The translations under genes were made by a program, and so were the position numbers. Source: Azospirillum brasilense (GTDB lineage Bacteria; Pseudomonadota; Alphaproteobacteria; Rickettsiales; UBA3002). From it: a stretch of DNA of 64,000 nucleotides. Under the pieces are notes generated by a model. The model was given only the letters and a program-made list of their open reading frames with translations. It did not search any database and was not told where the DNA came from. This document shows positions 16,368-24,881 of this stretch, in pieces. How positions within the stretch are numbered: the first letter of the stretch is position 1; each line of letters opens with the position of its first letter. The DNA lies in assembly GCA_003241645.1 (NCBI GenBank), contig QFOX01000004.1, forward strand, positions 183 through 64,182. Reading direction: 5' to 3'.

Positions 16368-17750
16368 ATGATCAAACTTTCCAACACCCTGACGCGCGGC
16401 GTGGAGCCGTTTGCCCCACTCGACCCTGCGCATGTAAAAATGTATGTGTGCGGACCGACCGTGTATGCGCGCCCGCATATCGGCAATGCGCGCTCGGTGG
16501 TGGTGTATGACGTGCTGGCGCGGCTGCTGCGCCACGACTTCCCGAAGCTCACCTTCGTGCGCAATATTACGGATGTGGACGATAAAATTAACGCGGCTGC
16601 CATCGAGCGCGGCATCTCCATTCAGGCGCTGACCGACGAGGTGACCGCGCAGTTCCACGCCGATATGGGTGCATTGAATTGCGCCAAGCCGGACGTGGAG
16701 CCCAAAGCCACCGAACACATCGCGCAGATGATCGCGATGATCGAAACGCTCATCGTGCGCGGCCATGCCTATGCAGCGCAGGGCCATGTGCTGTTCGACG
16801 TGCAGAGCAACCCGGATTATGGCGTGCTCAGCCGCCGCAACGCGCGGGACATGATCGCCGGTGCGCGCGTGGAAGTGGCGCCTTACAAAAAATACCCCGG
16901 CGATTTCGTGCTGTGGAAACCCGCCAGCGAGAAAGACGACGCGAGCAGCAAGTTCGACTCGCCATGGGGCGTGGGCCGCCCCGGCTGGCACATCGAATGC
17001 TCTGCCATGAGCGCCACGCATTTGGGCCATGATTTCGACATCCATGGCGGTGGGTCGGACCTGATGTTCCCGCATCATGAGAACGAGATTGCACAAAGCC
17101 GGTGCGCGCATGCGGGCTCGCATTACGCGAAATACTGGGTGCATAACGGCTTTCTTACCGTCAACGGCGAGAAGATGAGCAAGAGCCTCGGCAACTTCAT
17201 CACCGTGCATGATTTGTTGGAGCGCGGCGTGAAGGGCGAGGTGATCCGCTTCGCGCTGCTTTCCACGCGCTACAACGAACCGCTCGATTGGAGCGACAAG
17301 CTGCTCGCCGATGCGGGCAAGGTGATGGATAAGCTCTATCGTAAAACTACCGATGTCATTCCCGCGCAGGCGGGAATCCATGATATAGGCGTGGCAGCGG
17401 AGGCAATCATGGATCCCGGCCTTCGCCGGGATGACGTATCTAAAGAACTTATGGCTGCCTTGCGCGATAACCTGAACACGCCGAAAGCACTGGCCATCCT
17501 GCAAACGCTGGAAGGCGACGAACTGCTGGCTTCAGCCCAGTTCATGGGCCTGCTGCAACAGCCTGCCGACCAATGGTTCCAGGGCGAAGCGGGCGACGAT
17601 GCCGCCGCCATTGAAGCGCAGATCGCCCAACGCAACGCCGCCAAGAAAGCGCGTGACTTCGCCACGGCTGATGCGATCCGCGAGGCGCTGAAGGCGCAGG
17701 GCATCCTGCTCGAAGACGGGCCGCAGGGCACCAGCTGGCGCCGCGCGTAA
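16368..17750 (+). CDS. cysS: Cysteinyl-tRNA synthetase carrying an in-frame repeat insertion
   Basis: MIKLSNTLTRGVEPF..CGPTVYARPHIGNARS (HIGH) and KMSKSLGN. An 81-bp hairpin repeat is translated as VIPAQAGIHDIGVAAEAIMDPGLRRDD. Confidence 0.95.
   Translation: MIKLSNTLTRGVEPFAPLDPAHVKMYVCGPTVYARPHIGNARSVVVYDVLARLLRHDFPKLTFVRNITDVDDKINAAAIERGISIQALTDEVTAQFHADMGALNCAKPDVEPKATEHIAQMIAMIETLIVRGHAYAAQGHVLFDVQSNPDYGVLSRRNARDMIAGARVEVAPYKKYPGDFVLWKPASEKDDASSKFDSPWGVGRPGWHIECSAMSATHLGHDFDIHGGGSDLMFPHHENEIAQSRCAHAGSHYAKYWVHNGFLTVNGEKMSKSLGNFITVHDLLERGVKGEVIRFALLSTRYNEPLDWSDKLLADAGKVMDKLYRKTTDVIPAQAGIHDIGVAAEAIMDPGLRRDDVSKELMAALRDNLNTPKALAILQTLEGDELLASAQFMGLLQQPADQWFQGEAGDDAAAIEAQIAQRNAAKKARDFATADAIREALKAQGILLEDGPQGTSWRRA
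17355..17435 (+). repeat. 81-bp double-hairpin repeat (family D) inside cysS
   Basis: gtcattcccgcgcaggcgggaatccat ... ggatcccggccttcgccgggatgac. Exactly 27 codons. Confidence 0.9.
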
Positions 17751-17869
17751 CCGTCACGATTCTTTCTTGTTGCATGTATTTGCGGGCATTTTCACGAAAA
17801 TGTCACACCGCATCGGTGGGTGCTGTGCCTAGATGGCGGCTTCGTTATGGATCATGAGGAGCACGCCCA

Positions 17870-18907
17870 ATGTCGGAACATGAAGCATCGTCGCCGGAAC
17901 ATCTGCACGTCAGCCGCCGCCCCATGTATCGGGCCGATCTGAACGATCAGGTCGCCAGCAGGCTGGTGGGGCATTATTCGGCGGATGCACTTACCGTGGA
18001 AGAGTTCGCGGGCATTGCCGGTGCGATCAACGACTATTTCAACCGTGCCGATTTCCCGCCCGAATACCGCGCTGTTTTCCGTGAGCATATGCGCCGCGAA
18101 ATGTCGCTGGATTTCGTGGGCGAACCCAGCAAGCCCTACATTCTGGATATTACCGCCGTGCCCACCACGGTGCCTGCCATGCGCAGCACCATGCAGCTGA
18201 TCGCGCAGAAAGTGCGCAACTGGGTGGCCGACCAGAACGGCTTCCTCGGAGAGCAGGAACCGCTGAACGACGATGTGCGCCACAGCATGCTCGAGCAGAA
18301 CAGCCATTTCTTCCATGATGCATGCCACCATCTTTCCGGCTTGGCGAATGACCTTGAGCGCAGCAAACTCATGCGGTCGCATCAGCCGCTGAAAAGCGCC
18401 TTCCAGAAGGGGCCGGGCAAACAGGAAAAACTGACCATGGGCACGCTTGCCCATGTGGCCGACCGCTGGCGCAGCTATCAGGAACTGCTGGGTGAGCAGC
18501 CGCGTTTCCGCGCCATCATCGACACGGCGCTGGATGCCGAGCTGGGCCTGCAATTCACGCCGCCGCCTGCCGACAGTGAGGAGCTGTTTGCCACCGCTTC
18601 GCGTGGGCAGAACGAGCATCTGCGCGGGTTCGAGGCGAGCGCCCATGGCAGCGACCTGGGCCAGATGCCCAAAACCATGGCCGATCTGCAGGAAATGCAG
18701 AATGGCCTGTATGCCGTGGTGAAGCAGCGCGTGGACCTGCGCATCCGCGAGCTGGAGGGCGATGCGGGCATGGAGCCAGCGCTGCGCGACCAGCTCATCG
18801 ACGAGAACAGGCGCTTCAAGGGCGATGTGAAGATCCTTGGCACGGTTCTCGGCAAGGAAGTGGCGGCCATGCAAACCGCCGCCACCGAGCAGGGGCGCGG
18901 GCGCTAG
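17870..18907 (+). CDS. Hypothetical hydrophilic protein (345 aa)
   Basis: gaggag RBS. No TM segment, signal peptide or recognisable motif. Confidence 0.55.
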   Translation: MSEHEASSPEHLHVSRRPMYRADLNDQVASRLVGHYSADALTVEEFAGIAGAINDYFNRADFPPEYRAVFREHMRREMSLDFVGEPSKPYILDITAVPTTVPAMRSTMQLIAQKVRNWVADQNGFLGEQEPLNDDVRHSMLEQNSHFFHDACHHLSGLANDLERSKLMRSHQPLKSAFQKGPGKQEKLTMGTLAHVADRWRSYQELLGEQPRFRAIIDTALDAELGLQFTPPPADSEELFATASRGQNEHLRGFEASAHGSDLGQMPKTMADLQEMQNGLYAVVKQRVDLRIRELEGDAGMEPALRDQLIDENRRFKGDVKILGTVLGKEVAAMQTAATEQGRGR

Positions 18908-18958
18908 GCGCGCGGTTTCCCTTTCTTTTTGCCGCAAAAGCCGCTATCAGCCTTGCCC

Positions 18959-20548
18959 ATGGCTGAACGTATCTACCTCTATGATTCCACCCTGCGCGAC
19001 GGCGCGCAGGCCCGCGGCATTGATTTTACCGTGGCGGATAAACTCGCCATCGCCACCGCGCTTGATGCATTCGGCATCGACTTCGTCGAAGGCGGCTGGC
19101 CCGGTGCCAACCCGACCGACGATGCGTTCTTCGCCGCGGCCCCCACCTTCAAGCGCGCGCAGCTCACCGCCTTCGGCATGACGCGCCGCGCCGGGCGCAG
19201 CGCCAGCAACGACACTGGGCTGCAGGACGTGCTGGCCCCCGCCACGCCCGCCGTGTGCCTCGTCGGCAAAGCATGGGACTGGCAGGTGGAAACCGCCCTG
19301 AAGGTCAGCAAAAAAGAAAACCTCCGCATGATCGAGGAAAGCTTCGCGCATGCGAAAGCGAAAAAGCGCGTCGGCATGTTCGACGCCGAGCATTTCTTCG
19401 ACGGTTACAAAGCCAATCCCGACTACGCGCTCGACGTGTTGCGCGCCGCGCAGGCGGGTGGGGCGCAATGGCTGGTGCTGTGCGACACCAATGGCGGCTC
19501 GCTGCCCAGCGAGATCTCGCACATCGTGAGCGCGGTAAAAAAAGCGCTGCCGAATGCGAACCTCGGCATCCATTGCCACAACGACACCGAGCAGGCCGTG
19601 GCCAATTCGCTGGCGGCGGTGGAAGCGGGTGTGCGGCAGGTGCAGGGCACCATCAACGGTATTGGCGAGCGCTGTGGGAATGCGAACCTGATCTCCATCA
19701 TTCCCACCCTCATGCTGAAGATGGGCTACAGCACGGGCGTGAGCGAGAAGAACCTCGCCAGCATCACCAAGCTTTCGCGGCTGGTGGACGAGCGGCTGAA
19801 CCGCGCGCCCAACGCGCATGCGCCCTATGTGGGGGCGAGCGCCTTCGCCCACAAAGGCGGCCTGCATGTGAGCGCCATGAACAAGGACAGCAAATCCTAC
19901 GAACATGTCTCGCCGGATGCGGTGGGCAACCGCCGCCTTATCCTCGTGAGCGACAAGGCGGGCCGCGCCAACGTGCTCAACCGGTTGCAGCAAATGGGCC
20001 TGCAGGTGGCCGAGGACGATGCGCGCATCACCGATCTGGTGAAAGTGGTGAAGGATCGCGAAGCGCAGGGCTATGCCTATGAGGATGCCGAGGCCAGCTT
20101 CGAGCTGATGGCACGGCAGATGCTGGATGCGGTGCCGAGCTTCTACGAGCTGCAAAGTTTCCGCGTGCTGGATGAGCGGCGCATGGACGCCAAGGGCCGC
20201 CGCACCACCATGTCGGAAGCCACCGTGAAACTCACCGTGGCGGGCAAACTGAAAATGAAAGTGGCCGAAGGCAACGGCCCCGTGAACGCGCTGGATGCGG
20301 CGCTGCGCAAAGCGCTGATCGTGAAGTACCCGCAGCTGAAAGACATGTACCTGAACGACTATAAGGTGCGCATCCTTAACCCGTCGGACGCAACGGCGGC
20401 GCTGACGCGCGTGATGATCGAGAGCAAGGACAAGCAGGGCCATAGCTGGACGACCATCGGCGTGTCGCACAACGTGATCGACGCGTCGTACAACGCGCTG
20501 CACGATGCGATCAGCTACCACCTGATGCGCCGCAAGGCGAAGGCATGA
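18959..20548 (+). CDS. cimA: Citramalate synthase / LeuA-family HMGL-like enzyme
   Basis: MAERIYLYDSTLRDGAQARGIDFTVADKLAIATALDAFGIDFVEGGWPGANPTDDAFF. About 530 aa with a LeuA-dimer-like C-terminus. Confidence 0.85.
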   Translation: MAERIYLYDSTLRDGAQARGIDFTVADKLAIATALDAFGIDFVEGGWPGANPTDDAFFAAAPTFKRAQLTAFGMTRRAGRSASNDTGLQDVLAPATPAVCLVGKAWDWQVETALKVSKKENLRMIEESFAHAKAKKRVGMFDAEHFFDGYKANPDYALDVLRAAQAGGAQWLVLCDTNGGSLPSEISHIVSAVKKALPNANLGIHCHNDTEQAVANSLAAVEAGVRQVQGTINGIGERCGNANLISIIPTLMLKMGYSTGVSEKNLASITKLSRLVDERLNRAPNAHAPYVGASAFAHKGGLHVSAMNKDSKSYEHVSPDAVGNRRLILVSDKAGRANVLNRLQQMGLQVAEDDARITDLVKVVKDREAQGYAYEDAEASFELMARQMLDAVPSFYELQSFRVLDERRMDAKGRRTTMSEATVKLTVAGKLKMKVAEGNGPVNALDAALRKALIVKYPQLKDMYLNDYKVRILNPSDATAALTRVMIESKDKQGHSWTTIGVSHNVIDASYNALHDAISYHLMRRKAKA

Positions 20549-21126
20549 AACCGCTGCTGCTGAGCATGGCCGCGTGCCTGCTGGCCGGTGCCGCGCATGC
20601 GCAATCGCCGCAAGTGACGCTGGATTACAACGATGCGAAGCTGAGCGATGTTGCCGTGCCGCGTGAGGGCAACATGTTCGACCATTTCCGTGAACTGGGC
20701 GAAGACTTCAACCAACTGCGCGTGCGCGGCGCAACGCCAGATAGTTTCCGCTACCGCTTCACCACGCAGGCCGCCATTGGCGCAGAAGGCCCGTGGCAAA
20801 CGCTCGACCTTGAGGCCGATTCGCCGTGGCAGGAACTGCCCGTGACCCAGAACGGCGACGAAGTGGTTATCGTGCTGGATGATGGGGCGGGCAAAGGCCT
20901 GTTCGCCACCGAGCCGATGACGCTGGTGGGCACGCCGCGCAACTACCCCGCGGGCGAAGATGTGGTGAGTACCATGCGCCCCGAGCGCGATTGCCTGAAC
21001 GCCAGCGGTGCGTTCGATGCGCAGGCGGGCGCGTGCTACACCTACCGTTCGCAGGACCGCATCCGCTTCAACGGCACCGACGGCAAGGCTTATGAGATCA
21101 CCATCGGCCACCCCGGCGGGTGTTAG
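20545..21126 (+). CDS. Secreted hypothetical protein
   Basis: MKPLLLSMAACLLAGAAHAQS signal peptide. ATGA overlap with cimA. Confidence 0.6.
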   Translation: MKPLLLSMAACLLAGAAHAQSPQVTLDYNDAKLSDVAVPREGNMFDHFRELGEDFNQLRVRGATPDSFRYRFTTQAAIGAEGPWQTLDLEADSPWQELPVTQNGDEVVIVLDDGAGKGLFATEPMTLVGTPRNYPAGEDVVSTMRPERDCLNASGAFDAQAGACYTYRSQDRIRFNGTDGKAYEITIGHPGGC

Positions 21127-21127
21127 C

Positions 21128-21835
21128 ATGAGCATCGCCATCATCCTCGTGCGCCCGCAAATGGGTGAGAATATCGGCGCGGCAGCGCGTGCCTGCGCGA
21201 ATTTCGGCGTGACCGACCTGCGCCTCGTTGCCCCGCGCGACGGCTGGCCCAACCCCAAAGCGGTGGATATGGCGGGCCGCGCCATCGACCTGCTGGACGA
21301 AACAACCGTGTATGACACCACCGCCGAAGCCGTGGCGGATTGCCAGTTCGTGCTGGCCACCACCGGCCGTGCGCGCGCGGTGAACATTCCGGCGCACACG
21401 GCGCGCGAAGCGGCAAGCATGCTGCGCCAGCGCGTGGCGGCGGGGCAGAAGGTGGCCGTGCTGTTCGGCCCCGAGCGCACCGGGCTGGAGAACGAAGACG
21501 TGGCCACCGCCAACGGCGTGCTCTACATTCCCGTGGCGCCCGAATACCCCAGCCTGAACCTTGCACAGGCCGCCGTGGTGGTGCTTTCCGAATGGTTCGC
21601 CGCGGGCGAGCCGCCCGCGCCCGAAGGGCTGGCCCCCGCCGCCCCGCGCGAGGAACTGCAGGGCATGTTCGCCCAGCTGGAAGCAGCGCTGGATGACGTG
21701 AATTTCTGGAAGGTGCCCGCGAAAAAAGAGCTGATGTGGCGCAACATTCGCACCGGGTTGACGCGTGCCGACCTCACCAGCCAGGAAGTGGCCACGTGGC
21801 GCGGCATGATCCGCGCGCTGCGCGACGGGGCATAG
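21128..21835 (+). CDS. SpoU/TrmJ-like RNA 2'-O-methyltransferase
   Basis: MSIAIILVRPQMGENIGAAARACANFGVTDLRLVAPR...VLFGPERTGLENEDV...IPVAPEYPSLNLAQA. Confidence 0.8.
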   Translation: MSIAIILVRPQMGENIGAAARACANFGVTDLRLVAPRDGWPNPKAVDMAGRAIDLLDETTVYDTTAEAVADCQFVLATTGRARAVNIPAHTAREAASMLRQRVAAGQKVAVLFGPERTGLENEDVATANGVLYIPVAPEYPSLNLAQAAVVVLSEWFAAGEPPAPEGLAPAAPREELQGMFAQLEAALDDVNFWKVPAKKELMWRNIRTGLTRADLTSQEVATWRGMIRALRDGA

Positions 21836-21862
21836 GCATCCGGCGGCGCTCGTAAGCACTTT

Positions 21863-21968
21863 GCCCTCACCCTCCCACGCCTGACGGCGTGGTGCCCTCC
21901 CTCTCCCTCAGGGAGAGGGCGCGAGGCTTGGCGAGCAACGGCGAGCCTAGCCGCAGGGGTGAGGGTGG
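21863..21968. repeat. 106-bp nested palindromic repeat (ccctcaccc ... ggtgaggg)
   Basis: Outer arms are gccctcaccct / aggggtgagggt. Inner hairpins are cacgcctgacggcgtg, ccctctccctcagggagaggg and aggcttggcgagcaacggcgagcct. Confidence 0.8.
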
Positions 21969-22041
21969 AAGCGTCGCATTGTCACGCAATGTTCATAAAC
22001 CGCCGGGCCATCTTCCCCTATACTGCAAGGTAGGAAAAACT

Positions 22042-22623
22042 ATGGCCAATCCGACCCAACAGCCCCCGCAGCAACCGAAAGGTCCGCCGCCGCAGCCGAA
22101 AGCCCAGCATATGGGCTTCGACCCGCTGCGCCCGGTGCGCTACGGCTTCGGCTTCACCAAAGGGGCCACCGTCGGCCTGCTCGATGGCATGGCGGGCTTC
22201 GGCCGCAAAGGCGCATGGGCCGGGGCGGGGCTTGGCATTCTCATGGGCATTGCCGGCACGTTCAGCGGCGGCCTCATTCTGGGCATGGCGCTGACCGGGC
22301 TGGTCGTGGGTGCGGGCGCGGGGGCGGCCATCGGGGCCGTCACGGGCGGCACCAACGCCATTGGCCGTGCGCATCGCCGCGAGAAATACGCCGACGAACT
22401 TTCCGAGCGCCAGCAGGCACGCGCCGCGCGCGAAGCGCGCACGCAAAAGACGCACATTCCCGCGCCGGATTATCGTGACCAGCTGGAATATCGCCGCCGC
22501 GCCGCGAACTTCAACTTCGATCGCGCGCTGCAGCAGGAAATGGAAAACGACCGCGACTATGGTACCTACTGGCAGGATCGTGTAAGCCAGTCGCAAAGCA
22601 ACGGTAACGGACGAGGCTTCTAA
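22042..22623 (+). CDS. Gly/Ala-rich glycine-zipper membrane protein 1 (P/Q-rich N-terminus)
   Basis: MANPTQQPPQQPKGPPPQP...AWAGAGLGILMGIAGTFSGGLILGMALTGLVVGAGAGAAIGAVTGG. TAATG coupling to the next gene. Confidence 0.6.
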   Translation: MANPTQQPPQQPKGPPPQPKAQHMGFDPLRPVRYGFGFTKGATVGLLDGMAGFGRKGAWAGAGLGILMGIAGTFSGGLILGMALTGLVVGAGAGAAIGAVTGGTNAIGRAHRREKYADELSERQQARAAREARTQKTHIPAPDYRDQLEYRRRAANFNFDRALQQEMENDRDYGTYWQDRVSQSQSNGNGRGF

Positions 22624-23240
22624 TGGTAACGACCCCCGGCGGCCCAGAGACCCAACTCCTGCAACAAGGCGGCCAGATGCTGCAGCAGGGCGCGCAACGC
22701 GTCATGAGCGGTGGCGGCGGATTCCTCAGCGGCCTCATTTCGGCGCCGTTCAATGCGCTGGGCGGCATGGCCAAGGGCGCGTTCAATGGCATCGTTCGCA
22801 ATACACTGCTGGGTGGGGGTATCCTCTCCGGCCTGATGCTTTTTGCGCCGGATGTAATTCCCGGCGTGCTGGAATTCATTGGCAAGCCGGAATGGGGTGA
22901 GCGCCTCGCCAGCATGGTGCGCACCGGTGGTGCACCGGCGGCGCTGGGCACCGCCTTTGCCACCGCTGCGGCGGGTAGTGCCGCATGGGGTGCCGCACGC
23001 GGTGCGATCGGCGGCGTGAGTGAAGGATTCGGCGGCAGCGGTGCCACCAGCCCCGAACAGGCGCAGGGCATCGGCATGGGCACGCTGGTGGGGGGTGGCC
23101 TTGCACTGGCGGCGGTGACCGCCGTGGCCATCGGCGCCATTAAGAAAGACGGTATCAGCCACGACGCTGGCGCGGGCGACCGCGTGGAACCCCCGGCAAC
23201 CCCGGGTGGCCGAACCGGCCAGACCGCCCAGCGCGGGTAG
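22623..23240 (+). CDS. Gly/Ala-rich membrane protein 2
   Basis: GGGGFLSGLISAPFNALGGMAKGAFNGIV...GIGMGTLVGGGLALAAVTAVAIGAI. Confidence 0.55.
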   Translation: MVTTPGGPETQLLQQGGQMLQQGAQRVMSGGGGFLSGLISAPFNALGGMAKGAFNGIVRNTLLGGGILSGLMLFAPDVIPGVLEFIGKPEWGERLASMVRTGGAPAALGTAFATAAAGSAAWGAARGAIGGVSEGFGGSGATSPEQAQGIGMGTLVGGGLALAAVTAVAIGAIKKDGISHDAGAGDRVEPPATPGGRTGQTAQRG

Positions 23241-23382
23241 TAGCAAGGTTCGTGCAGATCATCGAAACTCCGATTTACGGTCGTTGAGCATGTGGGGCGG
23301 TCATCACGGCATGTGCGGCTAAGCGTTGCCCATCGCCATACGGAGATGGCTCGGGCCCCGCAAGCCTCCCATGGTTTTCGCC

Positions 23383-23409
23383 AGTTTCGACCGATTTACG
23401 GTCGAAACT
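23383..23409. repeat. Perfect 27-bp palindrome (11-bp arms) with a partial upstream copy
   Basis: agtttcgaccg attta cggtcgaaact. The core ccgatttacggtcg also occurs at 23270-23283, preceded by tcgaaact. Confidence 0.85.
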
Positions 23410-23481
23410 GTCATCAAACCTTCACGTTACTTGCATGCACGCTGTGCTATTCTGCAAGCTAGGAAATAAGCCCATTAGGGG

Positions 23482-24033
23482 ATGAACATGCGTAACGAAG
23501 TCATTGCACCCATCAACCACGGCGCACTCAGCACCGCCACCACCACCGCCGTTGAGGCGGGCAAAAGCGGCCTCGGCGGGTTGCTGAAAGGTGCGCTGGT
23601 CGGCATCGGCCTCACGGCTGGCCTTATCGGCGCGGTCGCACTTGGGTTCGGCGCAACGCTTGCCACCGCAGCAACGGTTGCCGCGCTGGGCACAGGCGTG
23701 GCCATCACGGCCGCTGCATTCGGTGCGCCGGTGGTCGGTTCGCTCATTGGCATCAGCGCGGGCCTTGGCTCGCTGGCCGGTGGCTTCAAAGGTGCGTCGC
23801 GCGGGCTTGAGCGCGTGGGGCAGGAACGTGGCGCGGCCAACATGCTTTCCGCGCAGGTGGATGCGTACAAAGCACAGAACCAGCCGCAAACGGTGGTGTA
23901 TGCCCCGAGCGCTTCGAACAGCCAATCGTTCCCCGCGCAGGGCTCGCCCATGAATCAGGCGGGCAGCACGGTGACGAACGCCCAATACATGGACCGCGTG
24001 AACGGCGCTGAACTCGCCGCCGCACGGGCATAA
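23482..24033 (+). CDS. Gly/Ala-rich glycine-zipper membrane protein 3
   Basis: GLGGLLKGALVGIGLTAGLIGAVALGFGATLATAATVAALGTGVAITAAAFGAPVVGSLIGISAGLGSLAGG. Confidence 0.6.
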   Translation: MNMRNEVIAPINHGALSTATTTAVEAGKSGLGGLLKGALVGIGLTAGLIGAVALGFGATLATAATVAALGTGVAITAAAFGAPVVGSLIGISAGLGSLAGGFKGASRGLERVGQERGAANMLSAQVDAYKAQNQPQTVVYAPSASNSQSFPAQGSPMNQAGSTVTNAQYMDRVNGAELAAARA

Positions 24034-24045
24034 GGAGTCAGGATC

Positions 24046-24537
24046 ATGGCAATCTTCCCCAAAGCCGCTGCCCAATTCGGCAAAGTCGCTGGCGACTTTA
24101 AAGGCCTTGGCAGCAATATCGGCAACGCCTTCGGCGCGCTGAAGAACAGCCTCACCAACGGCACCGGCTTCATTGGCCGCGCGGCCGACACCGCCACCAG
24201 CACCACCGTGTGGGCGGCGCGTGCGCCCGTGCGCATGGTCAAAGGTGCTTACGGTGCCTTCCCGAAACTTTCTGCTCTTGCCACTGTGGCTGGCGGTGCT
24301 GTGGTCGTGAATAACGTGGTGCGTGGCGCTGCCGAAAAACGCACGCAGGGCGAGCTGGAAGCGCAATACAACCAGCCCACCGGCCCGGTCAGCGCGAATG
24401 CCTATCAGGTATCACCGGAAGAATACGCCGCCATGCAGGCACGCATGCGCCAGGGCGGGCAGGGCCAGGGCTTTGCCGCCGCTGAAGAAGCACGCCGCGC
24501 CGCCGCGGCGCAGCAGCAAACGACCCCGGCCGTGTAG
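24046..24537 (+). CDS. Gly/Ala-rich protein 4 with a C-terminal FAAAEEAR motif
   Basis: aaggag RBS. FGKVAGDFKGLGSNIGNAFGALKNSL...GQGQGFAAAEEARRAAAAQQQTTPAV. Confidence 0.6.
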   Translation: MAIFPKAAAQFGKVAGDFKGLGSNIGNAFGALKNSLTNGTGFIGRAADTATSTTVWAARAPVRMVKGAYGAFPKLSALATVAGGAVVVNNVVRGAAEKRTQGELEAQYNQPTGPVSANAYQVSPEEYAAMQARMRQGGQGQGFAAAEEARRAAAAQQQTTPAV

Positions 24538-24561
24538 GCAAACCACGTCGGGAATCGGAAA

Positions 24562-24590
24562 AGCGGGCCCCCTCCGGCCCGCTTTTTTTA
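24562..24590 (+). terminator. Rho-independent terminator after the Gly/Ala-rich cluster
   Basis: agcgggcc / ggcccgct stem followed by ttttttt. Confidence 0.7.
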
Positions 24591-24708
24591 TGGCTGGGCG
24601 CGATCTTCTGCGCATCCATGCTTGACAGTCTGTGGAAAACCGTTAAAAGACCTGCTCCTTGGGCACCGGAGCGCATATTCCCCTCCGCCCTTGAGAGGTG
24701 AGATTTAG

Positions 24709-24790
24709 GGCGAGGCCAGTAGGCCGAGCGAGCCATCAGCCCGCGAAGCGGCGCACCATTGGGAGCGCAGGAGCGCGAGCAGGGTGCAGC
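24709..24790. repeat. Family B-related repeat in the rpsD upstream region
   Basis: The core ggccgagcgagccatcagcccgcgaagcggcgc (24722-24754) matches 42782-42814 inside rnpB. Confidence 0.75.
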
Positions 24791-24881
24791 TAAAACTCGT
24801 TTGGGAATAGTAATCATTGGTGTCGCACCGCAGCGAAGGCTGCCAAGCGGCGCTGATAACGTTGAACTGAAGGAGACTCGC

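Noticed and set aside
15939-17504. 521-aa minus-strand ORF overlapping the gltX end, GIY-YIG and cysS
   Set aside because: It is antisense to three well-supported genes. It contains repeat-derived peptides (VIPAKAGI, DSRLRGND, IPAFAGMT) that are translation artefacts of the hairpin repeats.
21889-22041. N-terminal extension of the first Gly/Ala-rich gene
   Set aside because: The extension is encoded by the 106-bp nested palindrome. An internal ATG at 22042 with an upstream aaggtagg is a more plausible start.
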